Positions 39,285 through 50,690 are shown, counted from the first letter of the stretch. The stretch is DNA of 64,000 bases from Cellvibrionales bacterium (GCA_042090785.1 JBELIP010000006.1:31693-95692); one strand, 5' to 3'. Notes: a model not told the origin generated them from the letters alone. Made by a program: numbers and translations.

Positions 39285-39680
39285 TTAAAATACGGTGCAA
39301 ATAACCTCGCCACCAACACCAGCACTACGTGCCTGCTTGTCAGTCATAACGCCTTTACTCGTCGATACAATGGCAATACCTAAACCGCCACGTACTTTTG
39401 GTAAAGACTCTGAACCTGAGTAAGAACGCAGACCAGGACGACTTGCACGGTGAATTTCTTCAATAACCGCACGGCCTTCGTGGTATTTCAAACCAATAGC
39501 CAATTCCGCTTTACCACTGTTTTCATTTACATCAACAGTCGATACAAAGCCTTCTTGCTTAAGCACATTCGCAATAGCTACTTTGGTTTTCGAAGACGGC
39601 ATACTAACAACCGTTTTCTCAGCCATTTGTGCGTTGCGAATTCGAGCCAACATATCGGCGATAGGATCTTGCATACTCAT
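39285..39680 (-). CDS. rpsH: 30S ribosomal protein S8
   Basis: [17 protein letters not shown]... Start at ATG 39680; the ORF-track start 39725 adds non-conserved residues. Confidence 0.97.
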   Translation of the reverse strand: MSMQDPIADMLARIRNAQMAEKTVVSMPSSKTKVAIANVLKQEGFVSTVDVNENSGKAELAIGLKYHEGRAVIEEIHRASRPGLRSYSGSESLPKVRGGLGIAIVSTSKGVMTDKQARSAGVGGEVICTVF

Positions 39681-39757
39681 AATCATTCTCCAGCCTAATC
39701 TGCTATTAAAAAGCAGTCGGGCCACAAACCCAATTAACTAACTATTCTATTGTTAAA

Positions 39758-40063
39758 CTACCAGCTCGCCTTAACGAGACCAGGTACATATCCGTTCATT
39801 GCAGCTTTGCGCAACTTGTTTCGGCACAGCCCAAACTTACGGTAAACACCGTGTGGACGACCAGTAATCTGACAGCGGCGACGCTGACGACTTGCACTTG
39901 CATTACGCGGCTGCTTTTGAAGCGCCATTTGTGCATTCCAACGATCTTCATCGCTAGCGTTTTGATCAAGAATAATTGCTTTTAAAGCCGCACGCTTAGC
40001 TGCAAATTTCGCAACTGTTTTTGCGCGCTTTTCTTCTCGCTGTATCATTGATTGTTTAGCCAT
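39758..40063 (-). CDS. rpsN: 30S ribosomal protein S14
   Basis: [13 protein letters not shown]...[18 protein letters not shown]...VKASW. Confidence 0.97.
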   Translation of the reverse strand: MAKQSMIQREEKRAKTVAKFAAKRAALKAIILDQNASDEDRWNAQMALQKQPRNASASRQRRRCQITGRPHGVYRKFGLCRNKLRKAAMNGYVPGLVKASW

Positions 40064-40102
40064 CAATCATTGCCTCTAAATCTTTTAAATTACTAAATAA
40101 AC

Positions 40103-40642
40103 TTATGTTCGAAACGGAAAGTTAAAGGCTTTAAGTAGTGCACGCCCTTGGTCATCGGTTTTCGCTGTAGTAGTGATGGCGATATCTAAACCACGAATCG
40201 CATCAATTTTATCGTACTCAATTTCTGGGAAGATGATTTGCTCATTAACGCCCATTGAGTAGTTACCACGACCATCAAATGATTTTGCATTCAAGCCACG
40301 GAAATCTCGGATACGTGGAATTGAAATAGCAATAAGACGATCTAAAAATTCGTACATGCGCTCACGACGCAATGTCACCTTACAACCAATCGGCCAATCT
40401 TCACGAACTTTAAAGCCCGCAATCGATTTGCGCGCACGCGTAATAACAACCTTTTGACCAGAAATCTGCTCAAGGTTAGCAACCGCATGCTCAAGAATTT
40501 TCTTGTCGCCCAACGCTTCACCGACACCCATATTTAAAGTGATTTTAGTAATGCGTGGAACTTCCATCACGTTATCAAGACCCAACTCTTCTTTCAGTTT
40601 TGGGGCTAACTCGGTGTTGTATATTTCTTTTAATCTCGCCAT
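40103..40642 (-). CDS. rplE: 50S ribosomal protein L5
   Basis: [20 protein letters not shown]...; 179 aa. Confidence 0.98.
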   Translation of the reverse strand: MARLKEIYNTELAPKLKEELGLDNVMEVPRITKITLNMGVGEALGDKKILEHAVANLEQISGQKVVITRARKSIAGFKVREDWPIGCKVTLRRERMYEFLDRLIAISIPRIRDFRGLNAKSFDGRGNYSMGVNEQIIFPEIEYDKIDAIRGLDIAITTTAKTDDQGRALLKAFNFPFRT

Positions 40643-40693
40643 TATCTGCGCCTAATATCTAGCTATTTAGCTAATACTCGAATGTAATCTTAA

Positions 40694-41005
40694 TCAGTCA
40701 ACAAGCTCGTTGTTGGATTTAAAAAATCGTACTTTTTTACCGTCTTCAATGCGAACACCAACACGGTCAGCCTTATCGGTAGCCGAGTTATATAACGCCA
40801 CATTAGAAGACTGGATTGGCGCTTCTTTTTCAATGATTCCGCCTGCAACACCTGCCTGTGGATTAGGCTTAGTGTGCTTCTTAATCATATTAACGCCAGC
40901 AATTACCATTCTGCCATCATCCATAATCCGCGTGACCTTACCGCGCTTACCTTTGTCTTTACCGGCAATGACAATGACTTCATCTTCACTTTTGATTTTG
41001 TTCAT
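40694..41005 (-). CDS. rplX: 50S ribosomal protein L24
   Basis: [24 protein letters not shown]...; 103 aa. Confidence 0.97.
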   Translation of the reverse strand: MNKIKSEDEVIVIAGKDKGKRGKVTRIMDDGRMVIAGVNMIKKHTKPNPQAGVAGGIIEKEAPIQSSNVALYNSATDKADRVGVRIEDGKKVRFFKSNNELVD

Positions 41006-41072
41006 ATCTCAACTTTCTTCGTATGCATTAACAACGTGCTAATTAATTTAAGGCAGCTTGCCAATAACCCGT

Positions 41073-41441
41073 TTATAAAACTTCTGGTGCAAGAGAAACA
41101 ATTTTCATAAATTTCTCGCTTCGTAACTCACGCGTTACTGGCCCAAAAATACGTGTGCCAATAGGCGCTAAAGTAGTATTCAATAACACTGCTGCATTAT
41201 CATCAAAGCGAATCACCGAACCATCAGGACGACGAACACCTTTCTTTGTTCTTACTACAACAGCGTTCATCACCTGGCCTTTTTTGACCTTACCGCGCGG
41301 AATTGCTTCTTTAACAGTAACTTTGATGATATCGCCAACTCGAGCGTAGCGACGATGAGAACCGCCCAACACTTTGATACACATCACTCGACGCGCACCA
41401 CTGTTATCAGCAACTTCCAAATAACTTTGCGTTTGAATCAT
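41073..41441 (-). CDS. rplN: 50S ribosomal protein L14
   Basis: [28 protein letters not shown]...; 122 aa. Confidence 0.98.
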   Translation of the reverse strand: MIQTQSYLEVADNSGARRVMCIKVLGGSHRRYARVGDIIKVTVKEAIPRGKVKKGQVMNAVVVRTKKGVRRPDGSVIRFDDNAAVLLNTTLAPIGTRIFGPVTRELRSEKFMKIVSLAPEVL

Positions 41442-41510
41442 TGTCTAGCTCCAAAAACCTTCTATCGCTTGCAGTCAAATGCAACAAGGCGACCTAAAAA
41501 ACTTATTTAA

Positions 41511-41777
41511 TTAAACTTCCGATGCTTTCTCAACAATCTCTTGCAGCATCCAAGTTTTTGTTTTTGACAAAGGACGCGACTCACTAATCGCAACTAAATC
41601 GCCTTCGTTACATTCATTCTTTTCATCATGCGCATGCAGCTTAGTAGAGCGGGTAATGTATTTACCGTATAACGCGTGCTTAACACGACGCTCAACCATT
41701 ACAGTGATAGTTTTATCCATTTTGTCACTGACAACACGGCCAGTGATTTTGCGTACGCTTTTTTCTTGATCCGCCAT
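41511..41777 (-). CDS. rpsQ: 30S ribosomal protein S17
   Basis: ...[28 protein letters not shown]...; 88 aa. Confidence 0.97.
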   Translation of the reverse strand: MADQEKSVRKITGRVVSDKMDKTITVMVERRVKHALYGKYITRSTKLHAHDEKNECNEGDLVAISESRPLSKTKTWMLQEIVEKASEV

Positions 41778-41780
41778 TAC

Positions 41781-41975
41781 TTACGCCTTCTTCGACTGTT
41801 GGTTCAATACTGTTTTAATACGTGCAATGGCACGCTGATTAGTCTGCAGCAAATGGGTTTGGTCTAATTGGCCTGTCGCTTTGCGCGTGCGCAAACGAAA
41901 CTGCTCTTCTAACAAACCGTGCAGTTGTTCGTTCAACTGCTCTGTCGACTGCTCTCTCATTTCACTTGCTTTCAT
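41781..41975 (-). CDS. rpmC: 50S ribosomal protein L29
   Basis: [18 protein letters not shown]...; 64 aa, between rplP and rpsQ. Confidence 0.95.
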   Translation of the reverse strand: MKASEMREQSTEQLNEQLHGLLEEQFRLRTRKATGQLDQTHLLQTNQRAIARIKTVLNQQSKKA

Positions 41976-42388
41976 TACATTACCGTCCGCTTAACAAAAG
42001 TGGTAGGTAGTGGCAGCTTGGCCGCAGCCAATGCAAACGCTTCACGCGCCAGCTCTTCAGACACACCTTCAACTTCATAAAGTACTTTTCCAGGAAGCAC
42101 TTGAGCTACCCAGTATTCAACATTACCTTTACCCTTACCTTGACGAACTTCTAAAGGCTTTTGAGTAATCGGTTTATCAGGAAACACGCGAATCCAAATT
42201 TTACCGCCACGTTTAATATGACGAGTCATTGCGCGACGCGCTGCCTCAATCTGACGGGCAGTGATTCGACCACGGCCAGTCGACTTTAAGCCGAACTCAC
42301 CAAAGCTAACCTTGCTGCCGCGATGCGCCAGACCGCGGTTGCGACCTTTCTGTACCTTGCGGAACTTTGTGCGTTTAGGTTGTAACAT
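41975..42388 (-). CDS. rplP: 50S ribosomal protein L16
   Basis: [21 protein letters not shown]...; 137 aa. Confidence 0.98.
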   Translation of the reverse strand: MLQPKRTKFRKVQKGRNRGLAHRGSKVSFGEFGLKSTGRGRITARQIEAARRAMTRHIKRGGKIWIRVFPDKPITQKPLEVRQGKGKGNVEYWVAQVLPGKVLYEVEGVSEELAREAFALAAAKLPLPTTFVKRTVM

Positions 42389-42412
42389 CAGTCTTAACTC
42401 TTATTCCGTAAT

Positions 42413-43081
42413 CTATTGGTTGCTGCCAGCTGATTGCTCAGGCTGTGCCAACGTATCTAAAACTTCGCCTTTGAAAATCCAGACTTTAATGCCAAGAATT
42501 CCGTAGGTAGTTAATGCTTCAAATGCTGCATAATCGATATCTGCACGTAATGTATGAAGTGGAACACGACCTTCTCGGTACCACTCGCTACGAGCGATTT
42601 CAGCGCCGCCTAAACGACCGCCAACTTGCACTTTAATGCCTTCAGCACCAGCACGCATTGCGTTTTGAACCACACGCTTCATAGCACGACGAAACATAAC
42701 GCGTCGCTCTAACTGACCAGCAATGTTTTGTGCAACAAGTTTCGCATCTAAATCAGGCTTGCGGATCTCTTCAATATTAATGTGCACAGGAACATTTAAT
42801 TTAGCTGTTAGCTCTTTACGTAATTTATCAACGTCTTCACCTTTTTTACCGATAACAATACCGGGGCGAGCCGTGTGAATAGTAATTCGTGCAGTTTGTG
42901 CAGGGCGCTCAATAACAACCTTGCTTACCGAAGCGCTTTTCAGCTTATCTTCAATCAACTCACGAATTTTCAGATCGCCAATTAAGCGCTCTGCGTAATC
43001 CTTGCTTTCTGCATACCAAACAGATGAATGCTGTTTAGTGATTCCCAATCGAATGCCTGTTGGGTGGACTTTTTGACCCAT
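42413..43081 (-). CDS. rpsC: 30S ribosomal protein S3
   Basis: [14 protein letters not shown]...; 222 aa. Confidence 0.98.
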   Translation of the reverse strand: MGQKVHPTGIRLGITKQHSSVWYAESKDYAERLIGDLKIRELIEDKLKSASVSKVVIERPAQTARITIHTARPGIVIGKKGEDVDKLRKELTAKLNVPVHINIEEIRKPDLDAKLVAQNIAGQLERRVMFRRAMKRVVQNAMRAGAEGIKVQVGGRLGGAEIARSEWYREGRVPLHTLRADIDYAAFEALTTYGILGIKVWIFKGEVLDTLAQPEQSAGSNQ

Positions 43082-43105
43082 ATTGGTCTCTCCAAACTTG
43101 CTGTA

Positions 43106-43438
43106 TTAATCAGCCACGTTAATTGTTATATGACAAGAACGTTTTAAAATACGATCGGCTCGACCTTTGGCACGCGGCTTAAGACGCTTCAATGTTCGAC
43201 CTTCGTTTACAAAAATACTTGATACTCTTAACTCATCAACATCAGCACCTTCGTTATGCTCAGCATTGGCAATCGCTGAGTTAAGTAACTTAAGTACAAG
43301 ATCAGCAGCTTTCTTGTTGCTGAATGTCAAAATATCTAGAGCATGTTCGGCGCTTTTACCACGGATTTGGTCCGCAATTAATCGGGCTTTTTGAGCCGAT
43401 ATAGTCGCACCTGTTAATTTTGCTGAAACTTCCATCAA
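43106..43438 (-). CDS. rplV: 50S ribosomal protein L22
   Basis: ...[15 protein letters not shown]...[19 protein letters not shown]...; 110 aa. Confidence 0.97.
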   Translation of the reverse strand: MMEVSAKLTGATISAQKARLIADQIRGKSAEHALDILTFSNKKAADLVLKLLNSAIANAEHNEGADVDELRVSSIFVNEGRTLKRLKPRAKGRADRILKRSCHITINVAD

Positions 43439-43459
43439 TCTAACCTCTAGCTAACAAGC

Positions 43460-43735
43460 TTAACGCTTGGCTTTTTTGTCTGCTACATGCCCACGATAAG
43501 TACGTGTGGGAGAAAATTCGCCGAGCTTATGCCCAACCATATCTTCAGTAATAAATACCGGCACGTGTTGACGACCGTTATGAACTGCAATCGTCAAGCC
43601 AACCATATCCGGAGAAACCATTGAACGGCGAGACCACGTTTTAATCGGTCGCTTTTCGTTCTTCTCGTTGGCTACCTCGACCTTCTTCATTAAATGAAGA
43701 TCGATAAATGGACCTTTTTTCAGTGAACGTGGCAC
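43460..43735 (-). CDS. rpsS: 30S ribosomal protein S19
   Basis: [20 protein letters not shown]...; 91 aa. Confidence 0.98.
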   Translation of the reverse strand: MPRSLKKGPFIDLHLMKKVEVANEKNEKRPIKTWSRRSMVSPDMVGLTIAVHNGRQHVPVFITEDMVGHKLGEFSPTRTYRGHVADKKAKR

Positions 43736-43754
43736 GCTTCTATCCTCTTAACGC

Positions 43755-44582
43755 TTACTTAGCTTTGCGACGACGAACGATTAAATCGTTAGTGCGCTTG
43801 TTTTTACGAGTTTTGTAGCCCTTGGTTGGCATACCCCAAGGTGAAACTGGATGACGACCACCCGATGTTTTACCTTCACCACCACCATGCGGGTGATCAA
43901 CCGGGTTCATAGCAACACCACGAACCGTTGGACGAATACCGCGCCAGCGTGAAGCACCTGCTTTACCTAACGAACGAAGATTGTGTTCGCTGTTAGACAC
44001 TTCACCCAATGTCGCACGACATTCAGATAATACTTTACGCATTTCGCCAGAGCGTAAACGCAATGAAACATAAGCGCCGTCACGAGCGATTAACTGGCAG
44101 CTTCCACCAGCACTTCGAACCATTTGCGCACCTTTACCAGGCTTGAGCTCAACACAGTGAATCAAACTACCCACTGGCATATTTCTCAAAGGCAATGTAT
44201 TGCCCGGCTTAATTGGCGCAGCTTCACCAGAGATAACTTCATCTCCTGCTTTAACACCTTTTGGCGCAATAATGTATGAACGCGAACCATCGGCGTATAA
44301 CACTAATGCTAAGTGAGCCGTACGGTTTGGATCATATTCCAAACGCTCAACTGTTGCCGGAATACCATCTTTATTACGCTTAAAGTCGACAATACGATAG
44401 TGCTGCTTGTGACCACCACCACGATGACGGGTAGTGATTCGACCGGCATTATTACGACCACCAGTTTTACTTTTTTTAGCCAACAGAGGCTTATGTGGCG
44501 CGCCTTTGTGCAAATCAGGATTAACCACTTTAACTACAAAGCGACGACCTGGTGATGTTGGCTTACTCTTAACGATTGGCAT
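43755..44582 (-). CDS. rplB: 50S ribosomal protein L2
   Basis: [15 protein letters not shown]...[12 protein letters not shown]...; 275 aa. Confidence 0.98.
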   Translation of the reverse strand: MPIVKSKPTSPGRRFVVKVVNPDLHKGAPHKPLLAKKSKTGGRNNAGRITTRHRGGGHKQHYRIVDFKRNKDGIPATVERLEYDPNRTAHLALVLYADGSRSYIIAPKGVKAGDEVISGEAAPIKPGNTLPLRNMPVGSLIHCVELKPGKGAQMVRSAGGSCQLIARDGAYVSLRLRSGEMRKVLSECRATLGEVSNSEHNLRSLGKAGASRWRGIRPTVRGVAMNPVDHPHGGGEGKTSGGRHPVSPWGMPTKGYKTRKNKRTNDLIVRRRKAK

Positions 44583-44624
44583 TTTTGCTAATCTCCAAAA
44601 TCTACTTCTAAACGTTCGACGAAA

Positions 44625-44921
44625 TTATTCGGCTAACGCAAAATCAATGTCATGACCTTCGGCCAGACGAACATAAGCTTTCTTAATGCCAGGACGACGG
44701 TTTTCGCCATGACGATTACGCTTTAGCTTACCTTTTAAGTTACTGACCTGAACGGCCTCTACCTTTACTTTGAATAGAAGCTCAACAGCACGCTTAATTT
44801 CAAGCTTAGTTGCTGTAGGTAGCACACGAAAAACAACAGCGTTAGAAGCATCACCAGCTAATGCTGCTTTTTCAGAAATATGAGGAGCAACGAGAACCTT
44901 TAAAATACGCTCTTGATTCAT
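44625..44921 (-). CDS. rplW: 50S ribosomal protein L23
   Basis: [19 protein letters not shown]...; 98 aa. Overlaps the rplD stop by 4 nt. Confidence 0.97.
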   Translation of the reverse strand: MNQERILKVLVAPHISEKAALAGDASNAVVFRVLPTATKLEIKRAVELLFKVKVEAVQVSNLKGKLKRNRHGENRRPGIKKAYVRLAEGHDIDFALAE

Positions 44922-45535
44922 CCTAACACCTCATCAAATTTCTTTAGCGCTTCAACAGTAATAATAACCTTCTCAGATGAGACAAGGCTTACTGGATCAC
45001 AACCGCTAACATCAAGCACTTCAACTTTATGAAGATTGCGTGATGATAAATATAAATTATTGCTAACATCTTCCGTCACAATCAACGCACCGGCCATATC
45101 AAACTCGGCCAATTTAGCCACTAGCAATTTTGTCTTAGGCTCTGCAAGATCGAACGACTCAACAATAACTAAACGCTCTTGACGTGCCAACTCAGACAAA
45201 ATGGTACGCATGGCTGCGCGGTACATTTTGCGATTAACTTTTTGCGAATGATCCTGTGGACGAGCCGCAAAAGTAACACCACCCGAACGCCAAATTGGGC
45301 TTCGGATAGTACCGGCACGTGCTCGGCCAGTGCCTTTTTGACGCCAAGGCTTAGCCCCACCGCCGCTCACATCAGAGCGTGTTTTTTGTGCTCGCGTACC
45401 CTGACGTGCGCCCGCTAAATAAGCGACGACAACCTGGTGTACAAGATCTTCGTTATATTCTCTGCCAAATGTGTTGTCAGATACTTCTACCGTACCCGCG
45501 CTGACATTACCTGGCGCAGCAAGTGCTAACTGCAT
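44918..45535 (-). CDS. rplD: 50S ribosomal protein L4
   Basis: ...[29 protein letters not shown]...; 205 aa. Confidence 0.97.
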   Translation of the reverse strand: MQLALAAPGNVSAGTVEVSDNTFGREYNEDLVHQVVVAYLAGARQGTRAQKTRSDVSGGGAKPWRQKGTGRARAGTIRSPIWRSGGVTFAARPQDHSQKVNRKMYRAAMRTILSELARQERLVIVESFDLAEPKTKLLVAKLAEFDMAGALIVTEDVSNNLYLSSRNLHKVEVLDVSGCDPVSLVSSEKVIITVEALKKFDEVLG

Positions 45536-45562
45536 AGTTTACATCCCCCTCCGAGTACCGGT

Positions 45563-46204
45563 TTAATTTTTGGCCTTGACGGCTGGCTTAATAAAAACAT
45601 CACCGCCCGGCGCACCCGGGATAGCACCCTTGACCAGAATCATATTGCGCTCGGCATCAACTCTGACCACTTCTAAATTCTGTACAGTGACTTGCTCTGT
45701 ACCCATATGTCCGGACATTTTCTTGCCCTTAAATACACGTCCTGGTGTTTGGCACTGACCAATCGAACCGTTTGAACGGTGAGAGATCGAGTTACCGTGC
45801 GTGGCATCTTGCATGCTGAAGTTCCAGCGCTTAATACCACCTTGAAAACCTTTACCTTTTGACTGGCCAGTGACATCAATCTTTTGGCCTGCCTCAAAAG
45901 TATCAACGGTAATTTCACCGCCAATCTTTAATTCTTCGTCTGCTTGCTCAAGACGCAACTCCCAAAGACCACGGCCAGCGCCAGTCTCTGCTTTAGCAAA
46001 ATGCCCAGCGGCAGTTTTGTTGACACGGGAAGCGCGACGAGTACCCGAGGTTACCTGAACAGCATCATAGCCATCAGTCTCGATCGTCTTAACTTGAGTA
46101 ATACGGTTTGGTTCGACTTCGACCACACTTACAGGGATGGATGCACCATCTTCTGTAAATATACGAGTCATGCCGCTCTTGCGGCCAACTAGACCAATTG
46201 TCAT
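45563..46204 (-). CDS. rplC: 50S ribosomal protein L3
   Basis: [20 protein letters not shown]...; 213 aa. Confidence 0.98.
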   Translation of the reverse strand: MTIGLVGRKSGMTRIFTEDGASIPVSVVEVEPNRITQVKTIETDGYDAVQVTSGTRRASRVNKTAAGHFAKAETGAGRGLWELRLEQADEELKIGGEITVDTFEAGQKIDVTGQSKGKGFQGGIKRWNFSMQDATHGNSISHRSNGSIGQCQTPGRVFKGKKMSGHMGTEQVTVQNLEVVRVDAERNMILVKGAIPGAPGGDVFIKPAVKAKN

Positions 46205-46375
46205 TTCTATAAAACCTCTCAGTGTACGGGGCTGGTTACCCGCTATGGCCGCCTTCGACTCTATTAGAACCGTCGGTTAAGACCAGTCAAAACAGAATAC
46301 GAGCGTTACACATCAGTCCGTTTTAGTTGATAAGGCTATCGCCTAAAACGATTTCTTCTCGACTCGCTTGCGCGA

Positions 46376-46690
46376 TTAGCCGAGGCTAATTTGAACTTCT
46401 ACGCCTGCCGCCAGATCCAGCTTCATTAAAGCATCCACTGTTTTTTCTGTTGGCTCGACAATATCCATCATGCGTTTGTGTGTACGAATTTCGTACTGAT
46501 CACGCGCATCTTTATTAACATGCGGTGAAACTAATACTGTAAAACGCTCTTTGCGTGTAGGAAGGGGGATAGGACCGCGAACTTGAGCACCTGTACGGCG
46601 CGCAGTTTCTACGATTTCTGCAGCAGATAGATCGATCAGCTTATGATCGAACGCCTTCAATCGAATTCTAATTCGTTGATTTTGAACCAC
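46376..46690 (-). CDS. rpsJ: 30S ribosomal protein S10
   Basis: (M)[15 protein letters not shown]...VQISLG. Start assigned to the GTG at 46690, which lies 5 nt after GAGGT. The ORF-track GTG at 46702 is itself part of that SD. Confidence 0.96.
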   Translation of the reverse strand: MVQNQRIRIRLKAFDHKLIDLSAAEIVETARRTGAQVRGPIPLPTRKERFTVLVSPHVNKDARDQYEIRTHKRMMDIVEPTEKTVDALMKLDLAAGVEVQISLG

Positions 46691-46706
46691 TTTATACCTC
46701 ACTCAG

Positions 46707-46740
46707 CAAAGAACCAGTTCTTTGTTTTATTAAAAAGAAC
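46707..46740 (-). promoter_or_regulatory. S10-operon leader: mutually exclusive hairpins just upstream of the rpsJ SD (candidate L4 autoregulatory/attenuator element)
   Basis: mRNA reads GTTCTTT(46740-46734)-ttaataaaa-CAAAGAAC(46724-46717)-tg-GTTCTTTG(46714-46707)-ctgagtGAGGtataaaGTG. The central segment can pair with either flank. Confidence 0.45.
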
Positions 46741-46810
46741 CGTAATTGTCGCGCCATTCTCAGGCGCTAACTCATTCAACATTTATTTCACTGTCAAAAA
46801 GAGAGCGCGC

Positions 46811-46839
46811 ATTCTAATGGCGAGACCGCGGAGTGTCAA
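46811..46839 (-). promoter_or_regulatory. Sigma-70 promoter of the S10 operon
   Basis: Minus strand reads TTGACA-17 nt-TAGAAT followed by the GC-rich discriminator GCGCGC. It sits about 120 nt upstream of the rpsJ start. Confidence 0.7.
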
Positions 46840-46949
46840 ACAGTATTTAGCAGAAACAACAAGGCTTTAAGCCAATTATTGACGCTAACAGAAAAGTTAA
46901 GGCTTAAGCGCCTTTCTTATTAGCAAGTCTATATAGAAGGAAGAGTTAA

Positions 46950-46980
46950 TAAAGAAGGAATATCACGGTTTACCGTGGAA
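46950..46980 (-). terminator. Possible weak terminator after the patatin-like gene
   Basis: Stem CACGG/CCGTG (46964-46977) with a 4-nt loop, followed on the minus strand by a moderately U-rich tract (atattccttctttatt). Confidence 0.35.
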
Positions 46981-46994
46981 GCGGCTATTTTGAG

Positions 46995-48128
46995 TTACTC
47001 TGACAGCGCAAAAAAGTCTTTAACCGCAATATGATCGCGCATGGCATCTTCGTAACCGCATTGAATTAATTCACGACAAAAAGCCGCCTCAAACAATACA
47101 TAGCTAGCTAAACTACCGCCCCCGCCCCGAGTGTTAGCTCCCATAGCTTTTAATACACGGCGCAACCCAAAGGGTAAATCGCCGATATGCTCCGATGCCA
47201 GCTCATCTAAATCAATGGATGGACGGATCACCAGCATATCAACTGGCTTTATGGTTTCAGATTCAAAATGTGGCGCTTCATTAGCCAACATACCTAAGGC
47301 TTCGTTCACACGAACTAAATTGTCTAAATCATTCTCTAAACTATCGATAAAAGCCGAGTTGTAAATATGTCCCAACGTTTGCGCCAGCGATGGCGGATGA
47401 TCACGGCGGACTGAAATCCGGCTTTTACTGTGGCCACGCACACCCACCGCAACAATACGATCGGCACCTAACTTTAAAGCCGAGCTCAAAGGCGCCAATT
47501 GACGCAATGAACCATCACCAAAATACTGCCGGCCTACTTTTTCAGCTGGAAAGACACCCGGAATAGCCGTAGAAGCCAGTAAATGCTCTACCGCCAGGCG
47601 GGCCGGCACACCAATGCGCTTATTCCGGCGCCAGCATTTAAGCGATTCATTGCCTTGAAAAAAGCTCACAGAATTACCCGTCGCATAGCTGGTTGCCGAC
47701 ACGGCCACCGCATCAAGTAGACCCGCATCAATACGCTTTTGAATATTATTAAAACGGATGGTATGGGATAACAAATCACGCAAAGGCTCATTATCAAGCA
47801 ACGCCAGCGATCGCCCCTCGGCAAACCGACTGCTCAAAAGCGACAACCCTAATCGCGCACCATTGGCCATTAAATCAACACCGCGCGCCTTAACGACACG
47901 GTTAACATGCAAATGAGTCCAGATTTTTTCAACTTTTTTAACACCAAGCCGAAAATTATTGGCTGACGAAGCCAGCGCCACCGCATTCAATGCACCTGCA
48001 GAGGTACCACTAATAATGGTAAAGGGGTTAGCTGCATGTTTAGGGTGCAAATCGGCAATCGCTTTTAAAACGCCAACTTGGTAAGCGCCACGCGCGCCAC
48101 CCCCTGAGAGCACAAGACCTGTTTTCAT
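46995..48128 (-). CDS. Patatin-like phospholipase family protein
   Basis: GGGARGAYQVG oxyanion motif, GTSAG nucleophile elbow (GxSxG) and a DGS/DGG-type Asp motif (FGDGSLR). Confidence 0.85.
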   Translation of the reverse strand: MKTGLVLSGGGARGAYQVGVLKAIADLHPKHAANPFTIISGTSAGALNAVALASSANNFRLGVKKVEKIWTHLHVNRVVKARGVDLMANGARLGLSLLSSRFAEGRSLALLDNEPLRDLLSHTIRFNNIQKRIDAGLLDAVAVSATSYATGNSVSFFQGNESLKCWRRNKRIGVPARLAVEHLLASTAIPGVFPAEKVGRQYFGDGSLRQLAPLSSALKLGADRIVAVGVRGHSKSRISVRRDHPPSLAQTLGHIYNSAFIDSLENDLDNLVRVNEALGMLANEAPHFESETIKPVDMLVIRPSIDLDELASEHIGDLPFGLRRVLKAMGANTRGGGGSLASYVLFEAAFCRELIQCGYEDAMRDHIAVKDFFALSE

Positions 48129-48545
48129 CTTTATAGTCTAGTCAGTTTGCAGTATTCAGCTAGTCAGCAAGATTAAAAAAACAAAAGATTTCAATTAATT
48201 ACACTGTTAGATTCCATATACTCTTTTAGCCACCCACTCGCAGCCCCCTCTCTGCCTCAAAGAACACAACCGAAGAAAATAGCCGCCAGTCCAAAACTAA
48301 GCACCAACTAACCGGACACCACCTGCAATCAAGGCATTTACTACCCCAGCCAGCAACAGAGCGCGGCTGTTAGAGGAAAAAACAGCCTCGCCAGCCGTGA
48401 TAAATGAGGCCAAAAAGGACTTTAATGACGAGATCGGTAAATTTTCAGTTTTTCTTCGCATAAAACCTAAAAATTCGCGTTTTTTTTGCGCTCAGTTCCT
48501 GTATGCTGCGCACCATTTTTATCATGATAGAACCGAGTTGAGACA

Positions 48546-50630
48546 ATGACTGATTTAGCGCAATACAGAAATATTGGAATATTCGCCCACGTTGATGCGG
48601 GCAAAACCACCACTACCGAGCGAATTCTTAAGCTAACGGGTAAAATTCATAAAACAGGCGAAGTGCACGATGGTGCTGCGACCACTGACTTTATGGAACA
48701 GGAGCAAGAGCGAGGCATTACTATCCAGTCGGCGGCGACTACCTGCTTCTGGAAAGATCACCGTTTTAACATCATCGATACCCCTGGGCACGTTGACTTC
48801 ACCGTTGAAGTTTACCGCTCATTAAAAGTATTAGATGGCGGCGTAGGTGTGTTTTGTGGCTCAGGCGGTGTTGAGCCTCAGTCAGAAACTAACTGGCGCT
48901 ATGCTAACGAATCTGAAGTAGCGCGAATCATCTTTGTTAACAAACTTGACCGTATGGGTGCAGACTTTTTGCGCGTAGTTGGTCAAGTAGAAAATGTTTT
49001 AGGCGCTAACCCATTGGTAATGACATTACCGATTGGTCGCGAAGATGAATTCAAAGGCCTTATTGATCTTTTAACGCGCAAAGCCTACGTTTGGGATGAT
49101 TCAGGTTTACCTGAAAATTTTGAAATCGTCGATGTTCCCGCCGACATGACAGATCAAGTTGAAGAGTATCGTGAAAAGCTAATTGAAACAGCCGTTGAAC
49201 AAGACGATGATTTAATGATGGCGTACATGGAAGGCGAAGAGCCAACTATTGACGACATTAAAAAATGTATTCGCAAAGGTACTATCGCTCTCGACTTTTT
49301 CCCAACCTACTGTGGTTCAGCGTTTAAGAATAAAGGTGTTCAATTAATCCTAGATGCCGTTGTTGATTACCTGCCCTCTCCAACCGAAGTTAAGCCTCAG
49401 CCTTTAACTGACGAAGAAGGTAACGAGACTGGCGAAGTCGCTACAGTCACTACCGAAGAGCCTTTAAAAGCGCTTGCGTTTAAAATTATGGATGACCGCT
49501 TTGGTGCATTAACCTTCGTTCGTGTTTATTCAGGCGTACTGAACAAAGGCGACACCATCCTTAATGCTTACACAGGTAAAACTGAGCGTATCGGTCGTAT
49601 GGTTGAGATGCATGCCGATGACCGTAACGAAATTGATCGCGCGCAAGCGGGTGACATTATCGCTATCGTTGGCATGAAGAATGTTCAGACAGGTCACACA
49701 TTATGTGATGCAAAACACCCTGTTACATTAGAACCAATGATCTTCCCAGATCCTGTAATTTCCATTTCGGTCAAGCCGAAAGATAAAGGCGGCTCTGAAA
49801 AAATGGGTATTGCGATTGGTAAAATGGTTGCAGAAGATCCTTCGTTCCGCGTTGAGACTGATGAAGACTCAGGTGAAACCATCCTTAGAGGCATGGGCGA
49901 ATTACACCTTGATATTAAAGTCGACATTCTTAACCGTACATACGGCGTTGATTTAGAAGTAGGTGAACCTCAGGTTGCGTACCGTGAAACCATTACACAA
50001 CCTATCGAAGATTCATACACGCACAAGAAGCAGTCGGGTGGTTCGGGTCAATTCGGTAAGATCGATTACCGTATCAAGCCAGGCGAAGTAGGCACCGGCT
50101 TTACGTTCACCTCAAGTGTTGTTGGCGGTAACGTACCTAAGGAATTCTTCCCTGCGGTAGAGAAAGGCTTTAAAGGCATGATGGAAGAAGGCCCACTAGC
50201 TGGCTTCCCAGTACTCGATGTTGAAATTGAACTTTACGATGGTGGCTTCCACGCAGTGGATTCATCGGCGGTAGCGTTTGAGATTGCAGCAAAAGGTGCA
50301 TTCCGACAATCAATGCCAAAAGCGGGCCCACAATTAATTGAGCCTATCATGAACGTTGATGTGTTTACTCCAGATGATCACGTTGGTGATGTTATTGGTG
50401 ACTTAAACCGTCGTCGTGGCATGATCAAAGATCAAATGGCGGGTACTACAGGTGTTCGTGTTAAAGCTGATGTTCCACTATCAGAAATGTTTGGTTACAT
50501 TGGTAGCTTGCGTACCATGACATCGGGCCGTGGTCAGTTCTCTATGGAGTTCTCACACTACAGCCCATGCCCTAACTCAGTAGCCGATGATGTTATCGCT
50601 GCCGAAAAAGAGCGCAAAGCAGCTAAGTAA
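48546..50630 (+). CDS. fusA: Elongation factor G, second paralog (EF-G2 type)
   Basis: 694-aa ORF. The N-terminus [43 protein letters not shown]...[37 protein letters not shown] matches the EF-G2 lineage I recall from Vibrio/Pseudomonas. It is monocistronic and not in a str operon. Confidence 0.9.
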   Translation: MTDLAQYRNIGIFAHVDAGKTTTTERILKLTGKIHKTGEVHDGAATTDFMEQEQERGITIQSAATTCFWKDHRFNIIDTPGHVDFTVEVYRSLKVLDGGVGVFCGSGGVEPQSETNWRYANESEVARIIFVNKLDRMGADFLRVVGQVENVLGANPLVMTLPIGREDEFKGLIDLLTRKAYVWDDSGLPENFEIVDVPADMTDQVEEYREKLIETAVEQDDDLMMAYMEGEEPTIDDIKKCIRKGTIALDFFPTYCGSAFKNKGVQLILDAVVDYLPSPTEVKPQPLTDEEGNETGEVATVTTEEPLKALAFKIMDDRFGALTFVRVYSGVLNKGDTILNAYTGKTERIGRMVEMHADDRNEIDRAQAGDIIAIVGMKNVQTGHTLCDAKHPVTLEPMIFPDPVISISVKPKDKGGSEKMGIAIGKMVAEDPSFRVETDEDSGETILRGMGELHLDIKVDILNRTYGVDLEVGEPQVAYRETITQPIEDSYTHKKQSGGSGQFGKIDYRIKPGEVGTGFTFTSSVVGGNVPKEFFPAVEKGFKGMMEEGPLAGFPVLDVEIELYDGGFHAVDSSAVAFEIAAKGAFRQSMPKAGPQLIEPIMNVDVFTPDDHVGDVIGDLNRRRGMIKDQMAGTTGVRVKADVPLSEMFGYIGSLRTMTSGRGQFSMEFSHYSPCPNSVADDVIAAEKERKAAK

Positions 50631-50656
50631 TTTGTTAATTACTTAGTGTGTTTGTT

Positions 50657-50690
50657 GAAACCCGATGGCGTGAGTCATCGGGTTTTTTAT
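50657..50690 (+). terminator. Rho-independent terminator downstream of EF-G2
   Basis: Stem AAACCCG / CGGGTTT then TTTTTAT. Same stem sequence as the exbD terminator. Confidence 0.75.

Noticed and set aside
37189-46192. Many 60-115-aa ORFs antisense to, or out of frame with, ribosomal protein genes (e.g. 37189-37437, 38495-38839, 40710-41042, 44313-44555, 45179-45418, 45944-46192)
   Set aside because: Each lies entirely within a confidently identified, highly conserved ribosomal protein gene. None has an SD or a recognisable motif. They are typical shadow ORFs.
46215-46250. ggcggccatagcgggtaaccagccccg in the rpsJ-rplC spacer superficially recalls the 5' end of 5S rRNA
   Set aside because: Similarity is limited to about 10 nt. 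The rest of the 5S sequence and helices are absent, and the context inside an mRNA operon is wrong.
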